Assembly: GCA_004431415.1 (NCBI GenBank)
Contig: QPMI01000137.1
Span: 1 to 64,000 of the forward strand
Direction of reading: 5' to 3'
DNA length: 64,000 nucleotides
Origin: Cyanophora paradoxa CCMP329
Lineage: Eukaryota > Plantae > Glaucophyta
Part shown: in pieces, positions 42,185 through 54,607 of the stretch
Position numbering within the stretch: position 1 is the first letter of the stretch
Layout: each line of letters opens with the position of its first letter
The notes under the pieces: generated by a model
Told to the model about the DNA's origin: nothing
Seen by the model: only the letters and a program-made list of their open reading frames with translations
Databases searched by the model: none
Position numbers and translations under genes: made by a program

Positions 42185-42655
42185 TGGGGGGGTGGCACCT
42201 GGGAGATTTGATATCGCTACTTACTGCGAGGGCCGCCGGGCCGCCGCTAACGCAGATCGGTGCACATCTTAAAAGAGCATGCGCAGCTGGAGCGCGGCCC
42301 CGGCGCATGCATCCGCAGCGGAGATCGCCTGCTCCTCCAGAAGGCTTGGGGTGGGAGCACCTGCGCGATTTGATTTCGCTCCACGCGGCGAGGGTTCGCC
42401 GGGCCGCCGCTAACGCAGATCGATGCTCATCTTAAAAGAGCATGCGCAGCTGGAGCGCGGCCCCGGTGCATGCATCCGCAGCGGAGATCGCCTGCTCCTC
42501 CAGAAGGCTTGGGGTGGGGGCACCTGCGCGATTTGATTTCGCTCCACGCAGCGAGGGTTCGCTGGGCCGCTGCTAACGCAGATCGATGCACACCTTGGTA
42601 GAGCATGTGCAGATGCATCGCGGCCCCGGGGGGTGCATCCTTAGCGGAGATCGCT
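42185..42655. repeat. ~163-bp tandem repeat, about 3 copies
   Basis: GGGCCGCYGCTAACGCAGATCG recurs at ~42238, ~42400 and ~42564 with conserved intervening sequence. Confidence 0.9.
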
Positions 42656-42727
42656 TGATCACAGTCACTGAGTCACTGAGCTAGTAGAGCTAATAAGTTT
42701 CTGGGCGACGGGCTGGCCCCGGCGGCT

Positions 42728-45700
42728 TGTGAGGGACCACTGAGCGCATTCTATACCCCCCAGGATTGTTCAATTCCGAAGGGGTGAGTTATCAGTAGTG
42801 ATGGCGCGGTGCAGGGGGTTCGGGGAGCATCGCGCCCGCGCACAGAATTGGCCCACTGGGCGTAGAGTGCAATTCATCGGCCGGTGGCCCGCTCCGCCTG
42901 GGTCGCGGTCAGTGACAGTACCATCGCCGCTTAGAGGCGCACAGCCGGGGCGACAGCAGCACCGAAGATAGAGGCGCAGCGGTTAGAAGTCGTTCGCACT
43001 GGCTCCGGCCCGCCCGCGCGCCCGCACACAAGCTCACCCGCGCCCGCGAGGTGACGGGCGGGCGTTCGATAAGCTCTTTGCAGCTATCAGAAGCAAGTTT
43101 CAGCCGTTATGCGCACTCGGCGCGCTCACCGAAGCACAGGAGCGCGATTTGGGCGGCCACAACAGCGCAGGGGTACGGGGTACCGGAGTCGTGCGGCAGA
43201 ACAAGCGTGCGGCCGAGCTTCCGGAGTCGTCATATAGCTATGGCTAGCGGCCAGTGCACTAGCTCTATGGCCGTCCTCCACCGGCGCGGAAGCTGCGCCT
43301 GCCGCAGTACAGCACCGCCGACCGTCGGACGACTTCGACCTGCGCTCGCGAGAGGACCACCAGATCGCACGCGCGTAGTGCGCTCCGCCGCCGCCGCCGC
43401 GTAGTGCCACGCTTACCGCCGCCGCAGCGTCGTCGCCGCGCGGGACCTCGTTCCATTGAGCGAGAGCGTTTCGGTGTTCCCCCATCTGTGGACACCGTCG
43501 GTGCGCTCGGTGCGCATGGCGATGGCGCGCTCGCCGCCGCCGCCGCCTCCGGCTCGGCGTGCGGCGCGCTTGGCCCCGCACCGCAATTCTCGACGCGCGC
43601 TCGCAGGTCCTGGGGACGGCGCTGCTCTACGAGATGGGCGTGATTGACGAGCCCCTCCCCCCCGTGCGCCGATCGCCGGCCGGCCCGCCCCCGCCTCCGC
43701 CTCGCCGACGCCGGCGCAGGAGGAGGCGCCGGGCTTCGTGCTGAAGAACCTCTTCCGCATCGCCTTCCAGTGCGTCCTCGCCGCCTCCTCCACGCAGCAC
43801 TACAAGCGTGCCCGCCCTGCCCCGCCCCGCCCCGGGGCCGGCCGGGGCCGCGGGCAGGCGCGCCGGGCGGCTCGTTTGACGGGGCGCAGGCGGGCGTTCA
43901 CGGTGGCGCACCCCTCCTGCGGGGCGAGCTCACCCCGATGCCCGACTTCCCCCAGGGCCCCACCCGCGCTCCGCCCCGGCCCCGCCCGCCGCCTTGACGC
44001 GGCGCCGCAGACGAGTACCGGACTGGGGGGGGGGCACTACCGGAGCACGGCAACGCCGTTCGACTGGTACTGCACTGGGCCGCCCTTCCTCGCCGCGCGG
44101 GCCAATCCCCCGGGCTCCCCGAGGCGGCCGTCCAGGGGACCGCCGCGCCGCCCGCCGCGCCGCTCGCCCGCCGCGCCGCACGCCGCGCCGCCCGCCCGCT
44201 GCGCCGTCTGCCGTCCGCCGCCCGCCTTCCGCCCTGCTTGTAGAAGATCCCTGCGCCCGCCCCGCCTTGCAGCCTCAGCCGGCGCCGCTCGCCGGGCGGG
44301 GCGGGGGGCGGGGCGGGGGGGGGGCGGGTACCGTGCTCGGCCTGGACGGCCGCCTCGGGGAGCCCGGGGGATTGGCCCGCGCGGCGAGGAAGGGCGGCCC
44401 AGTGCAGTACCAGTCGAACGGCGTTGCCGTGCTCCGGTAGTGCCCCCCCCCCCCCAGTCCGGTACTCGTCTGCGGCGCCGCGTCAAGGCGGCGGGGCGGG
44501 GCCGGGCGGAGCGCGGGTGGGCCCTGGGGGAAGTCGGGCATCGGGGTGAGCTCGCCCCGCAGGAGGGGTGCGCCACCGTGAACGCCCGCCTGCGCCCCCG
44601 TCAAACGAGCCGCCCGGCGCGCCTGCCCGCGGCCCCGGCCGGCCCCGGGGCGGGGCGGGGCGGGGCGGGCGCGCTTGTAGTGCTGCGTGGAGGAGGCGGC
44701 GAGGACGCACTGGAAGGCGATGCGGAAGAGGTTCTTCAGCACGAAGCCCGGCGCCTCCTCCTGCGCCGGCGTCGGCGAGGCGGAGGCGGGGGCGGGCCGG
44801 CCGGCGATCGGCGCACGGGGGGGAGGGGCTCGTCAATCACGCCCATCTCGTAGAGCAGCGCCGTCCCCAGGCCCTGCGAGCGCGCGTCGAGAATTTGCGG
44901 TGCGGGGCCAAGCGCGCCGCACGCCGAGCCGGAGGCGGCGCCGGCGGCGAGCGCACCATCGCCATGCGCACCGAGCGCACCGACGGTGTCCACAGATGAG
45001 GGAACACCCAAACGCTCTCGCTCAATGGAACGAGGTCCCGCGCGGCGACGACGCTGCGGCGGCGGTAAGCGTGGCACTACGCGGCGGCGGCGGCGGAGCG
45101 CACTACGCGCGTGCGATCTGGTGGTCCTCTCGCGAGCGCAGGTCGAAGTCGTCCGACGGTCGGCGGTGCTGTACTGCGGCAGGCGCAGCTTCCGCGCCGG
45201 CGGAGGACGGCCATAGAGCTAGTGCACTGGCCGCTAGCCATAGCTATATGACGACTCCGGAAGCTCGGCCGCACGCTTGCTCGGCCGCACGCTTGTCGGC
45301 CGCACGACTCCGGTACCCCTGCGCTGTTGTGGCCGCCCAAATCGCGCTCCTGTGCTTCGGTGAGCGCGCCGAGTGCGCATAACGGCTGAAACTTGCTTCT
45401 GATAGCTGCAAAGAGCTTATCGAACGCCCGCCCGTCACGTCGCGGGCGCGGGTGAGCTTGTGTGCGGGCGCGCGGGCGGGCCGGAGCCAGTGCGAACGAC
45501 TTCTAACCGCTGCGCCTCTATCTTCGGTGCTGCTGTCGCCCCGGCTGTGCGCCTCTAAGCGGCGATGGTACTGTCACTGACCGCGACCCAGGCGGAGCGG
45601 GCCACCGGCCGATGAATTGCACTCTACGCCCAGTGGGCCAATTCTGTGCGCGGGCGCGATGCTCCCCGAACCCCCTGCACCGCGCCATCACTACTGATAA

Positions 45701-45761
45701 CTCACCCCTTCGGAATTGAACAATCCTGGGGGGTATAGAATGCGCTCAGTGGTCCCTCACA
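42728..45761. mobile_element. Foldback element: ~1.4 kb inverted arms around a ~200-bp spacer, candidate 7-bp TSD
   Basis: 42728-~44140 is the reverse complement of ~44340-45761 (termini TGTGAGGGACC / GGTCCCTCACA); flanked by GGCGGCT (42721) and GGCGGCC (45762). Confidence 0.85.
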
Positions 45762-46479
45762 GGCGGCCCGCTCTTTTTGAGTCACAATCATTATCCGATG
45801 ATCACATGTAGTTATATCACTGCTCCAAGATACAGGGTGATCCGAAGTGTTTTTGGCCCGACCGGTGCTTTGAACTTTACTCGTAGGACCCTCTGAGGCT
45901 CTCTGCAGCTGCAGCTGGTACTTTTCAGTTTTCAAGTTCCAACTTGGCAAAATGCCACCCCGACCGTCGGACCTCAGGGCCTGCTCATGATGCCTTATCA
46001 AAGTATTGAAGCATCAGCTCACTCAACAGCGGCGATTTCACTGAGTCACGTCCCCGGGGTTTTTCGAGGGTGCTGAAGACGATGGTAGTGGTACCGAAGG
46101 CCGCCAATTTAAGCCTGGCCCCAGTGGGCCTGAATTCAAGATCCAGTGCAACTTGGGGCCCCACATGCCCCCTGGACGATTCTCGCCTGCCAGGTTGTAG
46201 CCAGCGGCCGGGAAGCGAGATATACATCATTTAGAGGCATTTACAACATTCTGCATGCTTAAAAGAGCGCTCGCTTACCCTGAAGGCGCAGGCGGGGCAG
46301 GCTACTCAAGAATCACGATCTCATTATCGAGATCTCAGGACGCTGGCGAGCTACTGGCGCTCTACCGGCGGAACGCTGAACAGAGAGAGAACGCGGGCCG
46401 GAGGGAACCGTAGCCCGGGAAGGCCGCAGAGGAGGGGGGGATGCAGCCCCGCTTGGGGGGTGGTGCAGCCTTTCAACGA

Positions 46480-46866
46480 GCTTTAAGCAATTAAGGATCT
46501 TCTTTCATGCAATTCAAGAAGTGCACGAGGGGCTGGTTATATCCTGTCCTCGAAACGTTCCCGCGTGGAGAAGGCAAAGCCACCGCTGGTCCACGACTTG
46601 CGGTCCTGCGCGAAGCTGCACCACTGTCAGGCAAGCGCCAGGTGGGTGGGCACGAGCATGAAGGTGCACGCACGTGAAGTTGCTGTCGGGGATCTTGTTC
46701 ACGTGCTGCCTGAACCGGCGTGTGGAGGATTTGAAGGCCGAGGCAGCAGCCGGAGGAGCCTTGGGCCCCGGTACACTAATGTCGCCAGGCCCCAAGTTCA
46801 TTGATTGGCTCTTCCGGCTCTGTCAAGCCGTCGGGAGGTGAACTTCACGATAGGGAGGGACCGGCA
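46480..46866 (-). pseudogene. Duplicated 3' fragment of the STPG/ODF3-like gene (source ~50512-50901), intron sequence retained
   Basis: Direct-orientation copy encoding NLGPGD--ISVPGPKAPPAAASAFKSSTRRFRQHVNK with a 6-bp deletion and substitutions. Confidence 0.9.
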
Positions 46867-48179
46867 CAAGGAATAGAATAGAATACTTTTCTATTGATAG
46901 ATAGATAGCGCCACGGAAAGTGAGCTGGCCCCGGAGTATGTCGATGGGGAGGGGGCCCTAGAGTGTGTCGATGGGGAGGTTCGTGCCGACGGCTTGCTGT
47001 TTCTGATTGACGAGCCGGACGACCTCGACGCCACCAACGGTCACGCTTACGTTGGAAACCTGCGCGCAAAGATTGGGCGTAACCGGAGGGGGCGCAGAGC
47101 ACGTCGGCGCACCCATGAGACCCAGAAGCCATTGAAGCGTGGCTGCAGCGGGACTGATGTGCCTTGGGAGATGTCGACGGCTTTGGTGCTGGCGGGGATA
47201 GGGATCTCCTTCTTGGTCGCCTTGTTTGCGAAGAAGACACGAGCGACATCGTCTGTGACGCGCTCAATGTGCAGATTCGTTTCACCGTCCGGGAGCTCAA
47301 CGATATTCACGCGCTCATTCTTGTAAGAAAACGATCCTTTATACTGAGTTCCCTTCCCTCTGCGCAGAACGTCTGCGATCAGCAGCAGCAGTGCGCGGGC
47401 AATGACGCGGGCGCACCGATTCAGAGCCGCTTCAACATCGCCAGAGATAGCTGCGGCTGTCGTGTAGAAGGTTGTGTTTATGCGTGGGATGCCGAGCGAG
47501 ACGCCGCGGGCGGCCAAACGCAACATTTGTTCTGTCAAGAGTGTACCCCCTGTTGACTTCGGGCCCAATCGGCCTTGGGGAAAGGAGAGGCCCTTAGGTC
47601 TGTTGCTCTCTTGCAGCAAACTTCAAACTGAGATTAAAGCAAAATTTTCGGCCTTGGGGAAAGGAGAGGCCCTTAGGTCTGTTGCTATCCTGTCCGTAAA
47701 TTCAAAATGTGATTCAGGTAAAAAAGTTTGGACCTAGGTACCCATTTTCGACCCTGGCCATGGGGAACGATCAACTCTTCTTTGGATCTCCGGGCCGCGC
47801 TCCGCGCGGTCGGCCTAGGCTCGCCTTGCGGCCGCCGGATTATATATTGTAATGCCATGATCACCGAGGATCGTCCGAAACGTTCGCGCTCGCGGCGAAA
47901 ATCAGTACACACACTCTTAAGATACTATTCTTTCAAATTGTCACTCATTTATATCGAGATGGCGCGCTGGTGGTTCAATATTTGTCGGCGTGACCGTCAA
48001 AATGAGGGAAGGCGGCTAAGGCATGGCACCCAGGCACGGCACAGGCTCTGCTGGGGCCAGAAAAGCGATAAACGAAAGCTATTTGAGTTCTTCACACGCT
48101 CTACAAGGCAGCAGGTACAAGAACAGGGCGGGTCGGGCCGGTGGGACATGGCAGGGATGGGGCCCCTCATGATCAGCCG

Positions 48180-49100
48180 CCCCTCCGAGCCCCGCCACCG
48201 CCCGCCGCGCCCCCCGCCTCGTCCGGCAAGCGGCGCCGCCGTTCGTCGCGCGCCCACCCCTCCCGGCGAGCCGCGCCGCCACCCGCCGGGCACCCGCCCC
48301 GCCGACGAGCCCCGCCGCCGCCCGCCGGCCGCCGCCGCGCGCCGCGCGCCCGCCCCGCCCGCGAGCTCCGCCGCCGCCCTCCGCGCCCCCGCCCCGCCCG
48401 GCGAGCCCCGCCGCCGCCCGCCGCGCCCCCGCCCCGCCCGGCGAGCCGCGCCGCCGCCCGCCGCGCCTCCGCCCGCCCGGCGAGCCCCGCCGCCGCCCGC
48501 CGCGCCCCGCCCCGCCCGGCGAGCCGCGCCGCCGCCCGCCGGGCCCCGCCCCGCCCGCGAGCCGGGCCGCCGCCCGCCGCGCCCCCGCCCCGCCCGGCGA
48601 GCCCCGCCGCCGCCCGCCGCGCGCCCGCCCCGCCCGCGAGCCGCGCCGCCGCCCGCCGCGCCTCCGCCCGCCCGGCGAGCCGCGCCGCCGCCCGCCGCGC
48701 GCCCGCCCCGCCCCGCGAGCTCCGCCGCCGCCCTCCGCGCCCCCGCCCCGCCCGGCGAGCTCCGCCGCCGCCCGCCGCGCCCCGCCCCGCCCGGCGAGCC
48801 GCGCCGCCGCCCGCCGGGCCCCCGCCCCGCCCGGCGAGCCGCGCTGCCGGTGAACTTGGGCCGGGGGCCGCCCGGCGCGCCCCCGCGCCATCCAGCGAGC
48901 CGCGCCGCCGCCCGCCGAGCCTCCACCCCGTACGGAGAGCCGCGTCGCCGCCCGCCCGCCCGCCACGTCCGGCGAGCCCGGCGGCCCCGCGCGCTGCCGC
49001 CCAAGTCAGGGTGAGCAGGTTCACGAACTGCACGCGCTCCTCCGGCGCCCGGCGCGCGCTCTGCCGCCCAAGTCAGGGTGAGCAGGTTCACGAACTGCAG
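48180..49100. repeat. Extremely GC-rich degenerate minisatellite (CCCGCCCGGCGAGCCGCGCCGCCG-like units)
   Basis: Repeated GCGAGC anchors every ~30-40 bp; ends in two copies of CTGCCGCCCAAGTCAGGGTGAGCAGGTTCACGAACTGCA. Confidence 0.9.
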
Positions 49101-49632
49101 CAGTATCTTAGTGCTGCCGAAGCCAGCGGCGGAGTACTGCGGTCGGCAGCAGTTCAGCCGATCGGCAGCAGTTCAGCCGGGCGGCTGCGCGACGGGCAGG
49201 GGCACAGCAACCTGGCAGAGACGTCCTTCGAAGTTCCGTCGTGCTTCCGAAGTTCCAAGGCAGGTCGTGCAGCGCATTCTGAGCGGCTGCTGGTCGCCCG
49301 CGTGGGCTTTCTCGGCGCGGCTGGTCCTATCTCGCCGACACCGCGCTTTCACTTCTCAAGAAGCTCCAGGGCGTGCGGGAAGCGAGTTCTTTTGCTTCAC
49401 GGGGTAGGCAAAGCGCGTTTTTTTCGCGTTTTTTTCTGGCTCCGCGCATCATCGGGGCGATCCGCGCAAGGCGCGCGGCTCCCGCATCGCTCGCCGCTCT
49501 TGTTAGACGCTCTAGGTGCGATGCGCATCGCCAGCGGAGGTCGCTCGGCGCGAGTTGTGGGACCTGTTGGTGGTTGTTCCTGGTGCCCCCGCCCGCCCAT
49601 TGGCCAGATCTCGTGTGACTCACAGCCGGCAC

Positions 49633-50149
49633 CAGTGTTGCTGAAATTTTATTATCCCAAATTAAAATGCCATGTAAATTTTCAGTAAACTTTCGAAAAC
49701 TTTCAGCAAATATTTTCACCCATACAAAGTTTACTTGCACAGCGAAAGTGACACGTTTCTCTGCAGAGAAGCCTCCAGACACGATCGATATGCGTTAGGA
49801 TGTCATCGACAACCTTTGTATTACAAGTGCACGAGGTGCAGATGTATCTTTGCCGTTCTTTTCACGTTGGGGAGGGGGGTACGGTTCCTGAGAAATGCAT
49901 ACTCTGGTTTCTTGACACCAGCAGAGACCGCCAGAATGTGTCCAGGCCTCCATAGTCTCGTAGTTCGACGGATTTGACCCTCGTTTATGGCGTGAAACGC
50001 CCCCAGAATGGCCTCTTGAAAAGTACCCCCCTTGCAAATTTATTGAAAGTTTTCATTGCTCATTTTGGAGGTGAAAATTTACTGAAAATTTACATGAAAA
50101 TTTTCAAGTTGCAATTGAAAGTTTGGAAAGTGAAAGTTTAGCATCACTG
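49633..50149. mobile_element. Non-autonomous hAT-type DNA transposon (MITE), 517 bp
   Basis: TIRs CAGTGTTGCTGAA / TTTAGCATCACTG, subterminal inverted block CATGTAAATTTTCAGTAAA / TTTACTGAAAATTTACATG, perfect 8-bp TSD GCCGGCAC (49625-49632, 50150-50157). Confidence 0.92.
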
Positions 50150-50527
50150 GCCGGCACAGCCGCGGGCCGGCACACCAGGACACATGCATGATCAAAACAA
50201 CACGAGCTCGAGGCCTGCAGCTGGTGTGGAAAAGTGATTTCCACACGGTTATCATTTCCACTGGGCCACACGGAACACATGCGCATGCGCGCCGCGCGCG
50301 CGCGGGGTTGTACTGTGAACTTGTACATGTACTGTCTATACGGGCTCAGCGGCTCTTGATCCCGGCCCGCCGTCACCAGTATACGTACCCCGGCCCACGC
50401 ATGCGAGTACAGCTGCGCATGGCTGCGATATACGTACTACGGTATATGTATACGTACTACGGTATATACGTAGCTATAAAGCTATCAACTGCACCTCCCC
50501 CAGAAAGCTTCAGCGAGCTTAAAGCAA

Positions 50528-51802
50528 TTAGGGAACTTCTTCCATGAAGTGCACAAGGGGCTGGTTATATCCTGTCCTCGAAACGCTCCCGCGTGGAGAA
50601 GGCAAAGCCACCGCTGGTCCACGACTTGCGGTCCTGCGCGAATCTGCAACACCCTCAGGCAAGAGCCGGGGCGGGCGGGCAGGAGCATGAAGGTGCGCGC
50701 ACGTGAAGTTGCTGTCGGGGATCTTGTTCACGTGCTGCCTGAACCGGCGTGTGGAGGATTTGAAGGCCGAGGCAGCAGCCGGAGGAGCCTTGGGCCCCGG
50801 TACACTAATGTCGTAGTCGCCAGGCCCCAAGTTCATTGATTGGCTCTTCCGGCTCTGTCAAGCCGTCGGGAGGTGAACTTCACGATAGGGAGGGACCGGC
50901 AGGAGGGCGCACCTCGTCGGGGAAGCGTGGCACCTTCGAGCGGAGCGTCGCGTACCTCACTGGCGACTCTTCCACCGACCGCGCTAGTGATCCCACTTTC
51001 TCCACGTCGTACGGCGCTGGACCCCGCGTCGATCCGTGTCCCCACAACACCCCGCCGCGCCCAGCGCACCGAGGTTCCGGGTCAGCTCTCCGGTGGCCGC
51101 TAGCGGATCGCCCTTCGTCGAGAATCGTTCACCCCGCGACCTGCGCCCGGGCGTTGGCACGCGGCACGACTGACGGGGTGCGGGGGAGCAGACACTGCGA
51201 ATCCCTTGCTGACCCACTGCACGCGCAGGAAATTCAGCGGTCGAGCGCAAGCGAGCACGAGGGGGTGCCAGGTACCTTTTTCTCGTCGAACTCTGGCCCG
51301 TACGAAGATTCGGTGGCAGTGATCTTTGGCTTGCTGAACCTCGAGACGGTCGAGCGGAATGCGCTCGTGCGCTTGATATCAAGCACCGCCAGAGCGCCGG
51401 AGTAACGTGGGTGGATATCTATGTTGAAGTAAGCTCGAGGATCAGCACCTGATCGAACAGTAAACGTATGATGAGTACATACCGTACGTTTGCGGACCCA
51501 ACACCCGCTCGTGCCCCCCGTCCTTTGGCGATGCGAAGCGCTCCGTCTTGCTTCGAAGAACAGCTAGCCTAATCGGGCTCTTCTCAAGCTGCCGGGCCAT
51601 AGAGGTCGCCTTGTCCACGTCATAGAGCCCAGGGTCTGGGCTCTGAGGACGGTCCTGCGAGGCACTTAGCTACTAGCTACACTGAGGGGGCGAGCCTGCG
51701 ACGCACTGATATCCCAGGGACAGGGTTGAAACGCCGCTCGGAGATTCCAAAACCAGGGGTTGTCGCGGCAGCCAGGCGCGACCGGCTAGTCGAAAGGTCC
51801 AT
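50528..51802 (-). CDS. STPG/ODF3 (SHIPPO-repeat)-like ciliary protein, multi-exon
   Basis: PG-repeat motifs GFGISERRF, QSPDPGLYDV, NLGPGDYDI, AFKSSTRRF. Exon structure only partly resolved. Confidence 0.6.
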
Positions 51803-52156
51803 GAATGGGGGCGCTCAGAGCGTTGTGCTGGCCCCTGGTGAGCTCCGTCCTGGTCCGTCCAAATTGGGCCGGAAGGGGAGTAGAGGCGCTCGGGTCGCTA
51901 TACCGCTTCTTTAGCTACGATAGCTAGCGATTTCGCTTTTAGTGCTGCGAGGCGCGGGGGTGATAGAATTGGGTGGAAGTTCGCTAGCTACGTATTCGGC
52001 TGTTATCTTCTGCTTTGCTTCTCTATCTGCTTCGGCTGTTATCTCTCTTGCACTCTCAGCCGCTTTGAGCCACTCTCAGCACTGAGCAAAGCCAGAGCAC
52101 AGTCTGAGCACACTCAGCACAGTCAGAGCACTCTGGAAGGGGGTACGCAGAGAAAA

Positions 52157-54607
52157 ATGGCCGGCAGCGCCAGCCTTCCCGACGCCGCTGCAACTGCCCT
52201 CCAGCTTGTGATGAAGAACGGGACATATGACGAGCTGAGGCGGGAGGTGAACAGCGAGCTGGAGTCGTCTGGGGCGCTGGACCGCATCAGGCAGCACGTC
52301 GAGCGCGCCCTCGATTCCAGCAGCGTTGCGCGAGCTATCAAGCGAGGCGAAAGACCCGATGAGCGCGTTGCGAGGGACCAGCTCAGCCAGGACGTCGACA
52401 GGTCCGCGTTCGCAGGCCGAACACCCCGGCCGAACCCCTGAGCGCGTTCTCGTCCTTCTTGCAGGGCTCTCGTTCCGCAGCTGATCGGAGAGGCCGTCAA
52501 CGAGCGCCTCCTTTTGAACGCGCCGCTCGGGCAAAAGCTCATTCAGCGACTCCAAGATGCGTTTACAAAGGCTCGGGCCAACCAGACGGCATCGACGGGC
52601 ACGCGCGTGGTATTCTTCTCCCATTTACTGCGGCTGATATTCCGCGCAGCAACCGGGGCCTCCAAACGCCCCACTCCGAGCGCGCCCAGCCAGCAGGAAC
52701 AGAAACCGCACTTGTCCCTGGAGGACGCGCTCCTCGGTGCTAGCCGTATGTGCCTTGCGTAATGCAGCAGGGTCTGACGCGCGCACAGGCGGCTCCGGGA
52801 TCGCGCTTCCAGGGTCAAGGCCGCGCCCGCCACAGGGGCCGCCGCAAACGCGGAAGCCGGGTGTCTCTGCACCACCTGGCACGGCCAAACTTCTGCAGGG
52901 CGCAGTTCCGGCGCGACCGCCCGGCCAGGCACGCCCCGGGCAAGCGCTGCAGCCGTCAGGGGGCCCAGGCCGCACGGCCGCGCAGCGGACGGCGTCCGGG
53001 TCACCGACGCCAGCGACCCAGTCGAACAGCGACGGAGCGCCACCTGCCACTCCCGCCGCGCCCTCTCCCTTGCCAAGCCCGGGGACAGACCCCGAGGCCT
53101 CCCCCCGCGCCTCGCCCCAGGTGCACCCTCGACCGCCTGACCTGACCGTGGCCGCCCGTGACCGCGCCAGCAGCCCGGAGCAGACGCCCCCTCGGCGTCC
53201 TCGTCGCGCGCTGCGGAGGCCTCTTCTGAGGGAGTGGCCCCCGACGGGCCTGCTGGCGTACCGGAGGATACGCTAGACGGCGAGGCAGGCGGGGGGGTCG
53301 GCGGCAGTGGGCGCCGGCGACTTCGGCACGCGCGACTGCCGGACGAGGACGAAGAAGCCAGGCCGGAGGCTCCCGCTGTAGCGGGGGCCGCGGAGCCTCA
53401 GCCAGCGCCATCTGAGGCCGCCTTTCCGCCAAACGTCAGCAGCCGCCCGAAGCGGGCTAGGCGGCCCTCGAGCAAGGCCGTTGCCGCCGCGGGGGAGGCA
53501 GAGGCGGCAGCAGCAAAGGAGCCGCCGGTGACGGGGGCTGCAAAGGAGGCGGCGGCGACGGAGGCGGGCGAGGGGGATGGGGAGGCGAAAGCGGCGCGGG
53601 ACGAGGCGGGGGAGGAAGCGGCGGCCGTGGTGGTGGTCGTGGCGGAGGTGACGGAGGAAGAGGCGGCCGACGGCCGGCATCCCGCGGAGGCTCCCAACGT
53701 CCTCGCCCCGGCCGCTCAACCGTCAGAGGAAGCCCTCCGGGGCCGCCCGGCGCGCCAGGCGTCGGCAGCGCCCGGCAAGGGTGCGCGGGGCACGTCGCGG
53801 AGCGCTGGGCGCCCGCGGGGCCGCCCGCGGCGCGGTGTGGCGAAGGACGGCGATGTCGAGGAGGAGGAGAAGGCGGCGGGGCCGGTGGAGGACGACAGCG
53901 CCGCCCCCGCGCCGGCGAATGGCGACCCCGCGGAGCCCAAGCAGACCAAGAGGGGGCGCAGGAAGGGGCGGAAGGAGGAGGCCAAGGAGCAGCCCGACGA
54001 GGAGGCCGCCGAGGAGCCCGAGCCGGCGCCGAATGACGAGGAGGCCGCCGAGGAGCCCGAGCCGGCGCCCAAGGAGGGAACCAGGGAGGCCGACGACGTC
54101 GAAGCAGGAAAGCGCTCGGAGGGCGAGGACGCGAAGGGAAAGGCGGCCGGCGCCAAGGACCGCCGCAGAGGGCGCGCGGGGCAGCCAGCGGTGCCTACCC
54201 GGCGCTCGAAGCGGGGCCGAGCAGCAGAGGAGACGGAGGCGGCGGCGGAGGAGGCGGCAAGCTCTGCCGCATCGTCGAGCTCCGAGGCTGGATCCGACGC
54301 CGAGGAGGAGGCTGGCCCCAAGGGCCCGCGGCGGGCCCCCGCCTCCACGGCACGGCAGCGCCGGCCTGCAGGAAAGGCCAAGGGGACCCGCGGCGGAGCC
54401 AAGAGGGCGGCGGAAGCGAAGGCGTCGGAGAGCGAGGACTCCAGCAGCGCGCCCGAGAGCGAGGCGGCGGCCGACGAGCAAGAGGATTCTCCAAAGGGAC
54501 GCAAGCGGGGGGGGGCCGCGCGGGGTAAGCGTAAGGCGGCGGCGAGCTCCGCGTCGACGTCGACGACCACGCCCTCCGCCACCCGCTCCAAGCGCCGCAG
54601 GAAGTAG
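52157..54607 (+). CDS. BOD1/Shg1-like N-terminal domain plus long low-complexity charged tail with an AT-hook-like motif, multi-exon
   Basis: VMKNGTYDELRREVNSELESSGALDRIRQHVERAL resembles the BOD1/COMPASS-Shg1 KxxGxFDxxRR motif; 457-aa terminal ORF rich in A/E/K/R with GRPRGRPR and a C-terminal NLS-like RSKRRRK. Confidence 0.55.

Noticed and set aside
46994-47619. Exon-like pieces on the minus strand (SFSYKNERVNIVELPDGETNLHIERV...)
   Set aside because: Looks coding but has no recognisable homology, start or end; may be a transposon or gene fragment.
47728-49688. Several 290-515-aa Pro/Arg/Ala/Gly-rich ORFs on both strands
   Set aside because: Stop-free by composition in a near-pure GC minisatellite; no domain signal.
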